DNA of 64,000 nucleotides from Batkoa obscura (Eukaryota): NCBI GenBank assembly GCA_030770535.1, contig JASVEC010000021.1, positions 310,001 to 374,000 of the forward strand, read 5' to 3'. Shown piece by piece: positions 17,756 to 29,688 of this stretch (position 1 is its first letter; each line of letters starts with the position of its first letter). The notes under the pieces were generated by a model. It saw only the letters and a program-made list of their open reading frames with translations, ran no database searches and was not told where the DNA came from. The position numbers and the translations under genes were made by a program.

Positions 17756-19321
17756 ATGCCACCCAAAAAGAACATATTAAAACGTAGCCCAAAGGCACTT
17801 ACACCAAGCTCAAAGAAGGCTAACATTGAACCAAAATCCAAACTTAATCACGAATTAAAGCCTGCTGCTTATAAACCAGAGAGCAGCTCAGATGAAAGTG
17901 AAGAAGAGATGGAAGAAACCGATACTCTTGTTTTACAAGATCCAAAAACTGGTAAAGAAATACAAACTTCAGATATGTCATCCATAGAATATTATCAATT
18001 CCTTCAAACTCAGATTAAAGGCATGAGCACTATGAAGCAGGATGACGATACTGTGGGTTTGAATTTGAAGAAATTAGATGAAGAGGACAAAAGAAGAGTG
18101 ATTAAACTTTTTGAAATTGGGATGGAAAAGTTTGATAATGAGAAGAGAGAAAAGTTGGAAAATGTGGTCTATTTTATTTTGATTAAGTTACAGTTTGGTT
18201 TATTGCTGGAAGTAAAGGAACAAGTGGAAGAAATAGATTTTAATGAACTTAAAAAGTTTGACAAGGAAATAGAATTGAAATTATTACAAGTGGCGATAAA
18301 GTTTTTCAAAGTAAGAGTTATATAATACATATGAAGTTAAGGTTGATTGTAATTAATGGTACCTTTTATTAGGTTTATTTTGAGGTTAAAGAGTATACTA
18401 AGTTAAACTTCCCAGATTATGAAGTAGAAGAGAGTACAATTGAACAAGGGGAGAATGTTAAAGTGTTGAATAACAAAAGTATATTGCCAAAGAACATTAA
18501 GGAAATGAAGGTTTTTGATGAAGGTTTAGAAGAGGTAAGTGAATAGTATAGTTATTATTGATAATTTACTAATCAATTAACAAAGTTGAAAAAACAAATG
18601 AAAAATCAATCTGACTATAGTAGCAATACTCAAATCTATGGAATATTAACCTTAATAATGAACTCTTTATTATCATTGTTTCAGCTTAAGGTGATCAAAA
18701 AGTACCAAACAAAATTTATTTTAACACAACTGAAAAAACTATCTTCAATATTTGAAACGTTATCAAATAGTGAAAAGTTACCTGTCAATAAAGAAGTGAT
18801 AGATTTAAATGTTTTGGTTTATAAAATTTATGAGTGGGTTGGTAATGGGAAGCCAGAGGTGACGAAGGTAAACGGATTGTTATACGTTAGTTTAATCATT
18901 TTATTTAATTTGGGATTCTTTATAGCCTTTTTTAGAATTTGTAATTGTAAGCTTTGAAGCTCAATTGGAGGCTGAAGAGATTAACTTTGACCTTTTAAAT
19001 TTAGTAAGTTTAAACGTTACTTTGCCCTTTCTCCGTTTGGCTTTTATTGACATTTCTCTTTAGCTTGGTCAAACTTATATCACGCACAGTAAACTATTAT
19101 CGAAACAAACCGAAGGGAATGAAAAAGATGAAGAAGAATTGGAACAAATAGCTCAAAGTTATGCTCAAGGTTTAAATTATTTAACTGAAGCTTTAGAATT
19201 GGAGCCTGGTAAAATTGAATTCTATTTTCTTATTTTACTTTTAATAACGTTATTTTTAGATAATGGAGAGCTTCAAGATTATATAAAGTTGCTTGAATCT
19301 GGTGGACAACAAGAGGAATAA
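17756..19321 (+). CDS. Uncharacterised helical protein with basic N-terminus and TPR-like C-terminus (weak resemblance to Ett1/Nro1)
   Basis: Chain of exons with GT-AG introns; MPPKK NLS-like start; C-terminal LGQTY...YAQGLNYLTEALELEP.NGELQ TPR-like segment. Confidence 0.6.
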
Positions 19322-19514
19322 TAAATAAAAATAGATCGATTTTTGAATTAAAAAACAAATGTGAATTTTTATATACTCCGATATAAATATTTAAAAAATA
19401 AGAAACTACTCAATTGTATATTATTAGATACTTATACTTTATTAACCAACTTCATATTATTTTTAAATTTATACATAGTTAAAAAATAACTCCAATACTA
19501 TCCCTACCTATTCA

Positions 19515-22500
19515 TTAAATCACTAAATCTTGTTCCTGTAGTTCCACTTCAGATTCTTCAAACTCAGAATCCAAATTATTAGCAAATGGGTCAAACTGTT
19601 CATTATCACTTATATCCGCCTTAGATCTAAGTTCTTGTATCTTCCTCTCATAATTCATAGTAATTACCCTCAGAGTTTTATGGATAGATTCAAATTTCAA
19701 TTCTTTCTTTTTAATACTATCAGATAACTCATTAACCTTATTCTTTAATCCAAATTGGCTCATCTTTAACATAACTAAATCTCTTAGCATTAATTCTAAC
19801 ATGCCATATATTTCAGTAGGTTCTAATTCATATAGGATTTTCAATGCAGCTCTATAGTTACTTTCGCCGAAAAGATCATCCCTTAATAATGGATTTAAAT
19901 CTTCATTAGGCTCTGGAGGCTTGATCTTTTCTTCTATTATACTTTCTTGGTTCTTTATCCTAGCAGTAGTATAATCCATTTCGACCTCAATCTCCAGTAA
20001 TCTTTCGCTAATTTCTTCTATTAGCATTAACATCTTTTCTTCCTCCTCTGTACCCTCATCCCCTTGATAATCTTCTAAATTTTTAATAACTTCTTCTTTT
20101 TTGTTCATTAATTCCACTTGTTCAACTTGTAACTTTTCTAATTGTTTCCTTAAGCCAAAGAGAACCTTCCTTGCCCTTCTACCTAATAAAAATTGTTGGA
20201 TTTCTTGTTCTAGTAATTGTCTTTTATAAGCTGATCTCAATCCAGATACACTTTTTTGTGATGTTTTAAAATCGGGATAAGAAGATACTGGCTTCTTTGG
20301 TACGGTATCTCTCAATGCTAATTGACTAATAGCCCTTGCTTTTTTGGTGGATTGAACACGTAGTCGCTTTACTTGCTCACTCAGCATTTTGTTTTCTTTA
20401 ATGACTCGTTCGAGTTCTTCTTTTAATCTAAATGTGGATGGATCACTCACTGTTTTCACGGATCCTTCAGGGCTGGTTAAAGATTCTGTGTGTTCGGAAT
20501 TGGTCTGTTTGAATAAAACAATTAGTAAATAAAACAAAACATAAAAGTAATCTATTCTTACCCTATTCAATCTACCTCCAGCTTTACCTTTAAGATCATT
20601 AAAATGATTCAATTTTTTACTTAGATCTTCTTTTTCTCTAGTGAGTAAGTTCAATTTATACTGTAAATCTTTTATCTTGGTTTGTAATTTTTGTATTTTA
20701 CTTCCTTCTAATTCATTACTATCCCCTAGTTCAGATCTAGTTAATGTAGGTGAGCTATTTAAGGATTTGGTGTTATTGCTACTTTCTAATCTTAAGCCCT
20801 AAATAAAAGAAAATAGACAAATTAGGTTTACTAATATATGATCTAATTATCACACTTACCGTTACTCTACTAACCGAATGAGGTTGACGATAACTTATTC
20901 CTGGATTATCAGAATTATAATTACCATCACTGTTACTATCTTCCGTACCATTGTTCATCTGTAATCTAGATAGATTAAGTGTAATTTCATCCAGTTCTTG
21001 ATTTAAAGCTTTAGAGTCCCCATTAATATCAGACAGATTACTGTCATAATCATCTGCCCCATTTACCACCTTATCTCCCTGCTTCAATCTATTGTTCGTA
21101 TTCCCAATCCTCCCTTTCGTTTTCTTAGAAAATATAGTTGTCTCAAAAGCTAATTCATAAGCCTCTAGTTGTTGTCTTAAAGTCAATATTTCTTCCGCAT
21201 AATTCATGATTTCTACTCCATCTAATAATTCCTTCCCCTCAACCCCATAATCCTTGGCCATCTTCAATATCAATAGATCTCGATCTGTTTGTATGGAGAC
21301 CACTTCTTCTGTTAATTCAATGATTCTTCTCTCTAATTTTTTGATTTGTTCCATATCTTTTATAACTGAAGTATGGCCATTCTCAATCCCCAAATGAGAG
21401 TTTGAATTATGTATTTGTAACTGCATTCTTAATTTATTAACTTCATTCTTTAATCTATTAATTTCTTCTGTTGGATTCGATACCCCTGAATTCACTTGGA
21501 CTCTGTTTTTGATATTCCTCGCTCTATTAGCATATTTTAGTGTATTTAATGTTTCTAAAAAATTAGAATCGGATGGTGAAATACATGCCAACATCAGGGT
21601 CTGACTATTGCCACCAATAGAATCCTGAAGTAATCTAGTTAATTTGCTATCTCTATAAGGGATATGGGAACTTTTTCTAGTTTCATCTCCTAGGGCACTG
21701 ATCACATTGCCTAATGCTAATAGACCTGCATTGATAGATATACCCTCTTTAGCTCTACCGCCGATGGCTTGAGTTCTCTTTAACCTCTCTGAACCTGCTA
21801 AATCCACAAAATGAAATTTTGATACTAAATGTTTAACAATAGGAGCGTTATCTAAATTCTCTGACATGACTTCTGTTTCATTATCATTTGTAAATACTTC
21901 CTCTTCTTCAATGTCTTGTTTTATAGTAATTGAAAAAATGGCATGGGATCTTGAAGAGGTTGCATTCATTTCGGTACTTGCTGTAGTACGCCCTATTAAT
22001 CCTTTATATAAATAATCCAATACTTCATTAGGGTCTTCAACAACTACTTCAGTTACTCCTTTCCAATAGATACCTCCTTGAGGATCTTCACGGATTGTTG
22101 GGCCTTTTACTGAATGATAAGAGTTGGGTCGACTACCGCTTGGGCGGCTAGGAGTAGGATTGGGCGCAAGTAAATCAATTAATTCTTCATTATACAATTC
22201 TAAAAAGGTAATTAACACTTCACATTTGTAATGTGAAGATTCTTTATGACGCGCGCGAATGATTTCAAAGATGTTATGGACGGCTCGGGGAACAATACCT
22301 AAAATAGGATTAAATTGAGAATTTTGAGTGGAATCTAACGAATAAAATTTTCACCTTGATTTTCTGGGGCATCCGAATAATCGACGCTTGTACCCATACT
22401 GAATGTTTTACCACTGCCTGTCTATCAGGAGAATTTTGATTTAGCAACTGTTTTCTATATATATATTATTTTTTTACCTGACTAAAAAGAGGATCAGTAA

Positions 22501-22902
22501 AGTAATAATAATAATAATAAATCTAAAAACTTACCCATAAGCAAAGATTGTGGTATTGAATCTAAATATTAATAATAATAAAACAAGATTAATCTTAAAT
22601 ATCTACATAAATTTATCTTAATTTACCCATCCATAAGCTTATCTACCAAGGGTTGAGCTGAACTCCTATATACTGTTTCCTGTTCTGTTTCTGGACTAAA
22701 GACATAGTCAAACGTAAACGACCTATCTGAGCCAACTACTATTTGACTGGAATTTGGGATGAAGGATACGCAAGATACACTTCCTTCGGAATTTTCTTTG
22801 TTGCTTAAAGGGCGCACACGCAATGCTACTCTAAAAGCAGGATCTGTCTAAAGTGTTTTGAGAAAGCGAGATATTGGCTTACCTTACTGGACATGAATCC
22901 AT
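19515..22902 (-). CDS. Kinesin-4 family motor (KIF4/KIF21-like) with coiled-coil tail
   Basis: MDSCPVRVALRVRP; FAYGQTGSGKT (needs 4-nt micro-exon 22478-22481); SSRSHAIF; FVDLAGSER; HIPYRDSKLTRLLQDSIGGN. Confidence 0.93.
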
Positions 22903-23293
22903 GACTTTGATTTACTAAGTTTTAAATGCAAGGTTTGATACTTGTGCCGATGCTTATCTGTTTTATAATAATAATGCTAAAATAAGTCGATGTTCTAATT
23001 TTTTGTTTATTGCTTTTATTTTTAATTAATTGATAATATTTTTATTAAAAAGATAAAATAGTAAGGTTAATAAATTTTAACTTCAATTTATTTTTTCCAT
23101 TAATATCTTTTCTGTTAATTAATTCCACCAATAAAATTTTACCTCGAGTAACCTCTTATAAACTTTTAGTACAAGAAAAATAAAAAATAGAATAAAAACA
23201 AAATAGTTACAATAAAATTCATAAATATATTTTTACTATATAAAAAAATAAAATAATAAAAAACAAAAGCACATTTTTACACCATACCTTCAA

Positions 23294-24967
23294 CTATTTC
23301 CCCAAACTAGCTGGCCACGCCCATTTAATTGCTTTGATATCTCCTAATGCTAATGAAAAATAAAACAACAATACTGGATGGCAAATCAAACTCTTATTAT
23401 GTTTTAAAATTCCCTTAACACAGTCATCAAGATGGTCTACTACCTCAATGGAACATTTTAACATATTGAACGTTTTCAAACATTTCAATTGAGATAAAGA
23501 AGTTGTTATTGAATAAATCATCACTGATACTGTTTGATAAGGACCCAAACCTAAAGCAGAGTCAAGGATCTTTAAACTACAAGTTTCGATCTCGTATGCC
23601 ATATGGAGGGAATCTTTAGAATGCTTATAGTTCGACTTGTATCCGAATAATTTAATTGTCTGATGATAAATATGTAAGTAATTAATAAGACATCCAATCT
23701 GACCAAAGAATAATTGCTCCCATTTTTGTAAGTTATTATTATTGGTATTATTGTTTACAAGAGTAGTAGAGTGATGACAATTAATAAACTTATTATGAAT
23801 TAAATTGATTTTTTTAAATACATTTCGATAGGAAGTATCTAAACTGTTTTGTATATCAAATATTTCTTGAATTTCTTTATTCGTTTTATTATCTCTGATA
23901 CAACTAGCAGCTCGTTTTTTGCTTATACTTTGAATGGATTTATAGATTTGATTATAATATAAGCTTATTTCTATTACCAATCGATCATAACAACACAGCT
24001 GTAACTTTTTTTTACTAACAGTGGGAGGAATAGGTATTACATTGTATACAGAATAATTCAAGCTTAAATTCAAAAATCCACTTAACTTTAATATAGTATT
24101 AAATGCTAAAAATCTTTCGATCTCAACGTTAGTATGTCTAGATTGTACCTTATTGGACAATGGCATATGAAATCCCAGCTGATAACACATGCTTAATGCA
24201 ATTTCTAAATAGTTTGTTACATTAGTACCCTTTATTTTGGTCCATCTAGCAGTATAATAACAGATAACTAATATTTGTATAGAAGATAAACTTGGTTTAA
24301 TACGGCTTAACTTCACTTTATCCATTAATATTGGTATCAGTTGATCTAACAGCCATTTTGTTGCTTTTGTTATCTTTAATATTTGTAATCCCCGTATCCA
24401 TATAACAAATCGTAATAATGGATCTCGCTTTTTAAATTGTAGATTAGAACGTAAAAATAAGGGAATAACTGGGTTAATGAATAAAAAATATTGTTCTTCA
24501 GCAGAAAATAATAAGTTTTGAATATCTTTTTGACTTGGCATATAAGGGATGGTAACTTCTTTCTGTGTCTTTGAAGCACCTCCTCCCATTCCCTTTATCT
24601 TATTTAAATGCTGGTGTAAAGCAACTAACTGAATTGGTTTAAGATTCGATAGGTTTAAAAAGTTAGAAGCAATGTTAATGGGGCACTTCATTAAATAAAA
24701 ATACTTATAAATATTGGCTTTGAAATTATCATATATAGGTTCCTTTAAGATTAAATTGATCCCTTTTTTTGGTGGTATATAAAATACTTGAAGTTGATTA
24801 TTTTGACTATCTTTATACAATGGAATTTTACTTTTCTTTTTGTCTCGCTTTCTTATATAAGTACATTCTAAATTCAAGCGATTACATTGATAGCATCCAG
24901 ATATTAAACGATCACATTTACGATGATAAGAAAAACACCGGTCACAAGAAACTAAACTATAGTCCAT
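23294..24967 (-). CDS. Zn(II)2Cys6 fungal transcription factor, intronless
   Basis: CDRC...RKC......CYQC......CTY cluster plus fungal TF middle-homology-like region (YFLFINPVIPLF; ALSMCYQLGFH); ATG at 24967. Confidence 0.85.
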   Translation of the reverse strand: MDYSLVSCDRCFSYHRKCDRLISGCYQCNRLNLECTYIRKRDKKKSKIPLYKDSQNNQLQVFYIPPKKGINLILKEPIYDNFKANIYKYFYLMKCPINIASNFLNLSNLKPIQLVALHQHLNKIKGMGGGASKTQKEVTIPYMPSQKDIQNLLFSAEEQYFLFINPVIPLFLRSNLQFKKRDPLLRFVIWIRGLQILKITKATKWLLDQLIPILMDKVKLSRIKPSLSSIQILVICYYTARWTKIKGTNVTNYLEIALSMCYQLGFHMPLSNKVQSRHTNVEIERFLAFNTILKLSGFLNLSLNYSVYNVIPIPPTVSKKKLQLCCYDRLVIEISLYYNQIYKSIQSISKKRAASCIRDNKTNKEIQEIFDIQNSLDTSYRNVFKKINLIHNKFINCHHSTTLVNNNTNNNNLQKWEQLFFGQIGCLINYLHIYHQTIKLFGYKSNYKHSKDSLHMAYEIETCSLKILDSALGLGPYQTVSVMIYSITTSLSQLKCLKTFNMLKCSIEVVDHLDDCVKGILKHNKSLICHPVLLFYFSLALGDIKAIKWAWPASLGK

Positions 24968-25961
24968 TTGATAGAAGTGATAAAAGCAAAGCAAAATAAA
25001 GTTTATTTTTTATGAAAATAAAATGCATATTTGAAAATGAAAGATTAAATCATGAAATTGAGGCATTTTAGAATAAATTTCTATTTTTTGTATATAAGCA
25101 TTAAGTTGTATTACTAAGATTCTTGCAATTGATTTTTTATTGTTTCTAACTTTCATTTATTTCCCATCGATTTTATTGGAATCCAAAGAATACTTTGGTG
25201 TTGAATTCCATATGAGTTATTCTAGATTATAAAATAAGTCAGGGGAAATCATTATAACTTAAAAATAAGACACTACTGATTTTTAGATTTTTTTAGAATT
25301 TGAATATTCAAATGTAAAGTTAAAATTATGAAATTGAAACTCCTATTGCTTATTTTTTAGCAATGAGAGATAAGTTTCTATAGTATAACAACAATAAATT
25401 CGAGAGTTTTGTAACTTTACCATTAATTTAATATTAGCTCATTTTACAAAATAAAAGAATAAATGTTTTAGTCATTGATTGTTCTCGAAAGAATAAAATA
25501 ATTAAACAACTATCGTCATTAAAGATGAAAAAAGCTATACAAGCATTTAGAGCAAAATGACAAAAATAATCAAATTTGCGTTTGTTTTTAAGTTAACAAA
25601 CATCAAATTTTCAGCAATCGAAATTTTCATTACAAATAAACTTATTTCCTATTTTATTAGGCAACCAGACCTACCACTCTGATGATCTTGTTTATTAAAA
25701 CATCTTTTTTAGCCATAATTTGAAGATTGATTGAAAATGTATTTTAAAATAGCAAAAACTTCCAAACTTAAAATTAAAATCAAAAAACTAAAACAAAAGT
25801 GGAGGTGTTACAAGCAATATATAAAAACGATAATCTTTTTAATAATCTAAAACATACTTTTATAGCTCCTTTTCATAGGGGATTATTGATATCCTTCATT
25901 TTCAATATTGAAATAAAACAATGATCTTATTGTTAAACCCGTTTATAACCACAAAAATATC

Positions 25962-26066
25962 ATTTAGGGTGCTTTTTTGGCTTCATCACTTCTTTCATCT
26001 TTTAAGCGCCTATTTAAGCGAAAAAATGTTAGTAAGATTCCTAAACACAAAAATATATTCTCACTT
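25962..26066 (-). mobile_element. ~100-bp MITE copy 2
   Basis: Reverse orientation, diverged; flanks ATTT/ACTT. Confidence 0.8.
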
Positions 26067-26593
26067 TATTATATTTTTTACAAAAAGCGTTAAATCAAAA
26101 TTAGGAATCCTTAATTAAGACTATACTGACATCATTAGTTTAGGAAAGGATAAACCATGCTTATGCTAGCAACTTTTATCATTTTATTAAAAACCTTTAT
26201 TATTAGTATTATTTAAGGGTCTAGTTATTAATTTTGACAATTAAATATTTTATTATGTTTTTATTAAACCGTGAAGTTTAATATATTATTTTTTATCATG
26301 GTAAGTAATGATTTAGCCATAAACTGTTATAAGATGATGAACTACATATGGAATAATAGTTTAATAGATATTTGATATATTTACTAGCTAGCGTCAATTT
26401 TGATACTAATTTTATTATCAATTTTGATATTAGTTCGTATATTGGTTTCAAGATCTTTATAATGGAAGAGGAAGAATGTAGAGAGCTACTAAACATTTGA
26501 TTATCTTTAATAAATATTATTTAAAGAAATAGCTTAAAAGCACTATCAACTTTAGTTTTATATTTAACTTGAGTTTTTTTATTTCCTTATAAA

Positions 26594-26695
26594 GTATGAG
26601 GGTTTTTTGGTTTCATCACTTTTTTCATTTTTACAGCACTATTTAAGTGGAAAAGTTGCTAGTAAAATTCTTAAACAAAAAATACATCCCTATAT
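26594..26695 (-). mobile_element. ~100-bp MITE copy 3
   Basis: Reverse orientation; flanks GTAT/ATAT. Confidence 0.85.
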
Positions 26696-26840
26696 AACTT
26701 TTAATCAAATGTTTATACAAAAAGTTCTTTTACTAATGATAGTTTATATATTGTATTAAGTTAATAAATCATCTTTAAACAGTAACTTTATCAACTAATA
26801 TTTATGCAAAAGTAGTGTAAAAGGCAAAAAAATATTTATC

Positions 26841-26946
26841 ATATGGTGATGTTTTTTTGGCTTCATTACTTTTTCTATTTTTTAAACACTATTTGAGCGG
26901 AAAATTTGTTGGTAAAATTCATAAACACAAAAATACAACCTCATAT
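26841..26946 (-). mobile_element. ~100-bp MITE copy 4
   Basis: Reverse orientation; flanks ATAT/ATAT. Confidence 0.85.
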
Positions 26947-26992
26947 ATTAAAATAAAACGGCTTGACTGCTATTACAGAATACATATAGGCA

Positions 26993-27670
26993 TGAAAATC
27001 GAATACAGTGTTTAGCTGATAGTCACTTTTATTTACAAAGCTCTGGTAAGCAGTGGGGATATGATATTCAAATCCTTATATATGACAGAAATAAAAAGTC
27101 TTAACAAAGAGCACAGGCTTTCAGAATTTTTAACGAGTTAATGTAAAGAAGAGTACAATATACCAATGAAATCCAGTCTTTTAAACATTTATAACTCCGA
27201 AGACATAGATCAGTTATTTTATATAATGTTACAGTTGGACTTAAGACTAACTTAAAATTTTTGGTTTTAAAGTGGATTTTGATCTTAAAGAGGTTCTAAT
27301 TAACCTAGGTATGAAGGGAGAAATGAAGTTGGCATAAGAATAAGGTACTAATGTCTTTTTGTCATATTTTAATTAAATATGATATTGGCTTCCATTATTT
27401 TAGACCAATGTATCGATGTTATTAAATTAGTTTTATTGAGTGTAGACTAGATGAGAACAATTTTTATCAACATGAAGTAATTCAATTCCCTATAACCACT
27501 AGAAGTGGAATTCCCAAAGGTGTGTAAGTTTGATTAAAAATCATCGAATCACATTGGGTTGCGAGATTGACACTTTGATAGTGTTTGGGTTATTTGGTTT
27601 CAATGCTGGGGGAAAGTGTAATCTTATTAGTTATAAAAGAGCTTTGGTGTGACAATAATAATAATTTATC
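26993..27670 (+). pseudogene. Decayed gene paralogous to the 37707-38390 pseudogene (possibly beta-pore-forming-toxin-like)
   Basis: Frameshifted, stop-ridden segments FGFKVDFDLKEVLINLGMKG; HILIKYDIGFHYFRPMY; VIQFPITTRSGIPKGV; KCNLI..KELWCDN align by eye with the other copy; boundaries approximate. Confidence 0.65.
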
Positions 27671-27764
27671 TTACTAGGACTGTAGTTCATTTACATAAAA
27701 AAAACAAAAATTAATATGCAATAAAATAATACTAATTCTATTTTTTAATAAAATAACATTAAAT

Positions 27765-27871
27765 ATCTGGGGATGTATTTTTGTGTTTAAGAATTTTACT
27801 AACAAATTTTCCGCTTAAATAGCGCTTAAAAGGTGGAAAAAGTAATGAAATCAAAAAAATCATCCCCATCT
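27765..27871 (+). mobile_element. ~100-bp MITE copy 5
   Basis: GGGGATG...CATCCCC with non-palindromic direct repeat ATCT/ATCT. Confidence 0.9.
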
Positions 27872-28199
27872 ATTTTTTTAGATAAACTTGAAGTATAAGA
27901 AAATGTATAGTTTTAAACATTCTCAATATCGATTGTATAATCTAAAGCATTTGCTTTTGAGATATATAGAATTATCAATTAAACTTAGATTTTATTGTAA
28001 ATATTATTTCTTAATGCATCTTATATTATAAGAATCTTTTATAAAATTTATAGCCCAAAAAGTATAAAGAAACAAACAGAATTAACCACTATACGAGCTG
28101 TATAAGGTATTAAAAATTACCATCTGTCTTTAAATGTTATAAGACTAAAAAACTACCGATTTTTATTAAGACTAATTTTATTGAACATACTCAATAACG

Positions 28200-28720
28200 A
28201 TTGGCTGCGGCTTATACTTTGCTATCACAACTTCTTGAGATTCTTGTATTATCAGAACTAGTAGGACTGGTTTTTTTGTATAAACGTTGGGTTTACTAAA
28301 AACCATTTTCTACTGCCGATAAGCTACCAATCACTGTTACTTCACTTACGACCAAGAACGTATATAGTACTTATTTCATTCATTCGGTTGGGATCTTTTG
28401 TAGGGTATCTGAAATTAGCGTTACAGGTACTACTCAGAATTAAATCAATTGATTAGAAAGACCAAAGAGAGTGTTAAATAAATTTGGAAACTTAAGATTT
28501 TAGAATGATAAGCTAATATCAATATCAGAATAATTTGTTAAAGTAAGGGCAGATGGCATTTTAAACATTAAATCTCGAGCTAACTTACGTAAAATAGATA
28601 CTGATTCCAATAGTTCATCTATATCACGATGGACCAATATATTTTACCTTTGTTTACAATCAAGTGAAAAAGATATTAAAGCCAATATGGAAATACTTTT
28701 GTTTAAACATTTAATACTGT
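28200..28720 (-). pseudogene. Coding-like remnant of unknown family
   Basis: Elevated GC and one protein-like frame (ILVHRDIDELLESVSILRKLARDLMFKMPSAL...RYPTKDPNRMNEI) with scattered stops. Confidence 0.3.
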
Positions 28721-29089
28721 TTTTTAATCCTTACTGTGTAAAAAAATGGATAAATAAACAAAATAAAAGCATTATTGATTGTTTTATACCAAAATACATC
28801 TTTGATCTCAACTGAATATTAATTAAAAAGTATAATGTATTGAGGTTTTGAAATTTCCTATTTGCCATAATAAAGCTAGTTAGCTAGCTTGTATGTTAGA
28901 AAACAACTGGTTAGGTAATAAAATAAAACAAGATAATTGTACATTTAGTTAAAAAATATTTATGAAATTATAGTGTATTTTTATTAATAAGCAAATTTTC
29001 AAAAACAATCATAGTCATGAAAAACTTAAATAAAGACCAAATAAAACGTTAATTAGCCTACATGTTTTTATTTTATAAATGAAGTTTTA

Positions 29090-29185
29090 ATATGGGATGC
29101 CTTTTTGTTTAAGAATCTTATCAATTTATCACTCAAATTGTGCTTAAAAATAGAGGTGATGAAACCGAAAAATATTCCCCCATGT
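29090..29185 (+). mobile_element. ~100-bp MITE copy 6 (small internal deletions)
   Basis: Diverged copy; flanks ATAT/ATGT. Confidence 0.75.
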
Positions 29186-29688
29186 ACATTCAATTGCACT
29201 TTCTTTTTTAAGATTCTTTAATCTTTAATTTTTTATTTTAATAAATTACATAATTAAGAACAATCTATTGATACTCCATAATATTTTTAATATTTATCAA
29301 AAACGACAATGGTGTTATGCTCAATGATTATTAATAAATTAAGTATTGATAATAGCTTGAAGTAAAAAAATGTAAAATCTGAAATAGATTAAGAATTACT
29401 ACTAGTATTCAATATTAAAATGTTCTTAAATTAAATTTTAATAACAAAAGGCAATTTCATTTGAAAAATGATTTTAATTAATTAAATACTATTCATAAAA
29501 AAATAAACTGATCTATATTTAGTCCGCTTTCGCCTGAAAACATATCAACCTTACGAATAATGAAAACGTATAATTAATTACTATCTTGACCTAGCATACA
29601 CTATAAACATATAAAAAGGAACGATTAGCATTCTTTAACGATATTAAAAACTAACACTTTAACTTCTTTAACTCAACTATAATCAACT

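Noticed and set aside
27490..27525. ITTRSGIPKGV resembling the AMP-binding (TSGxTGxPKG) motif
   Set aside because: Better explained by collinear homology to PIVTKGIIFEGV in the 37.7-kb pseudogene; no other adenylation motifs nearby
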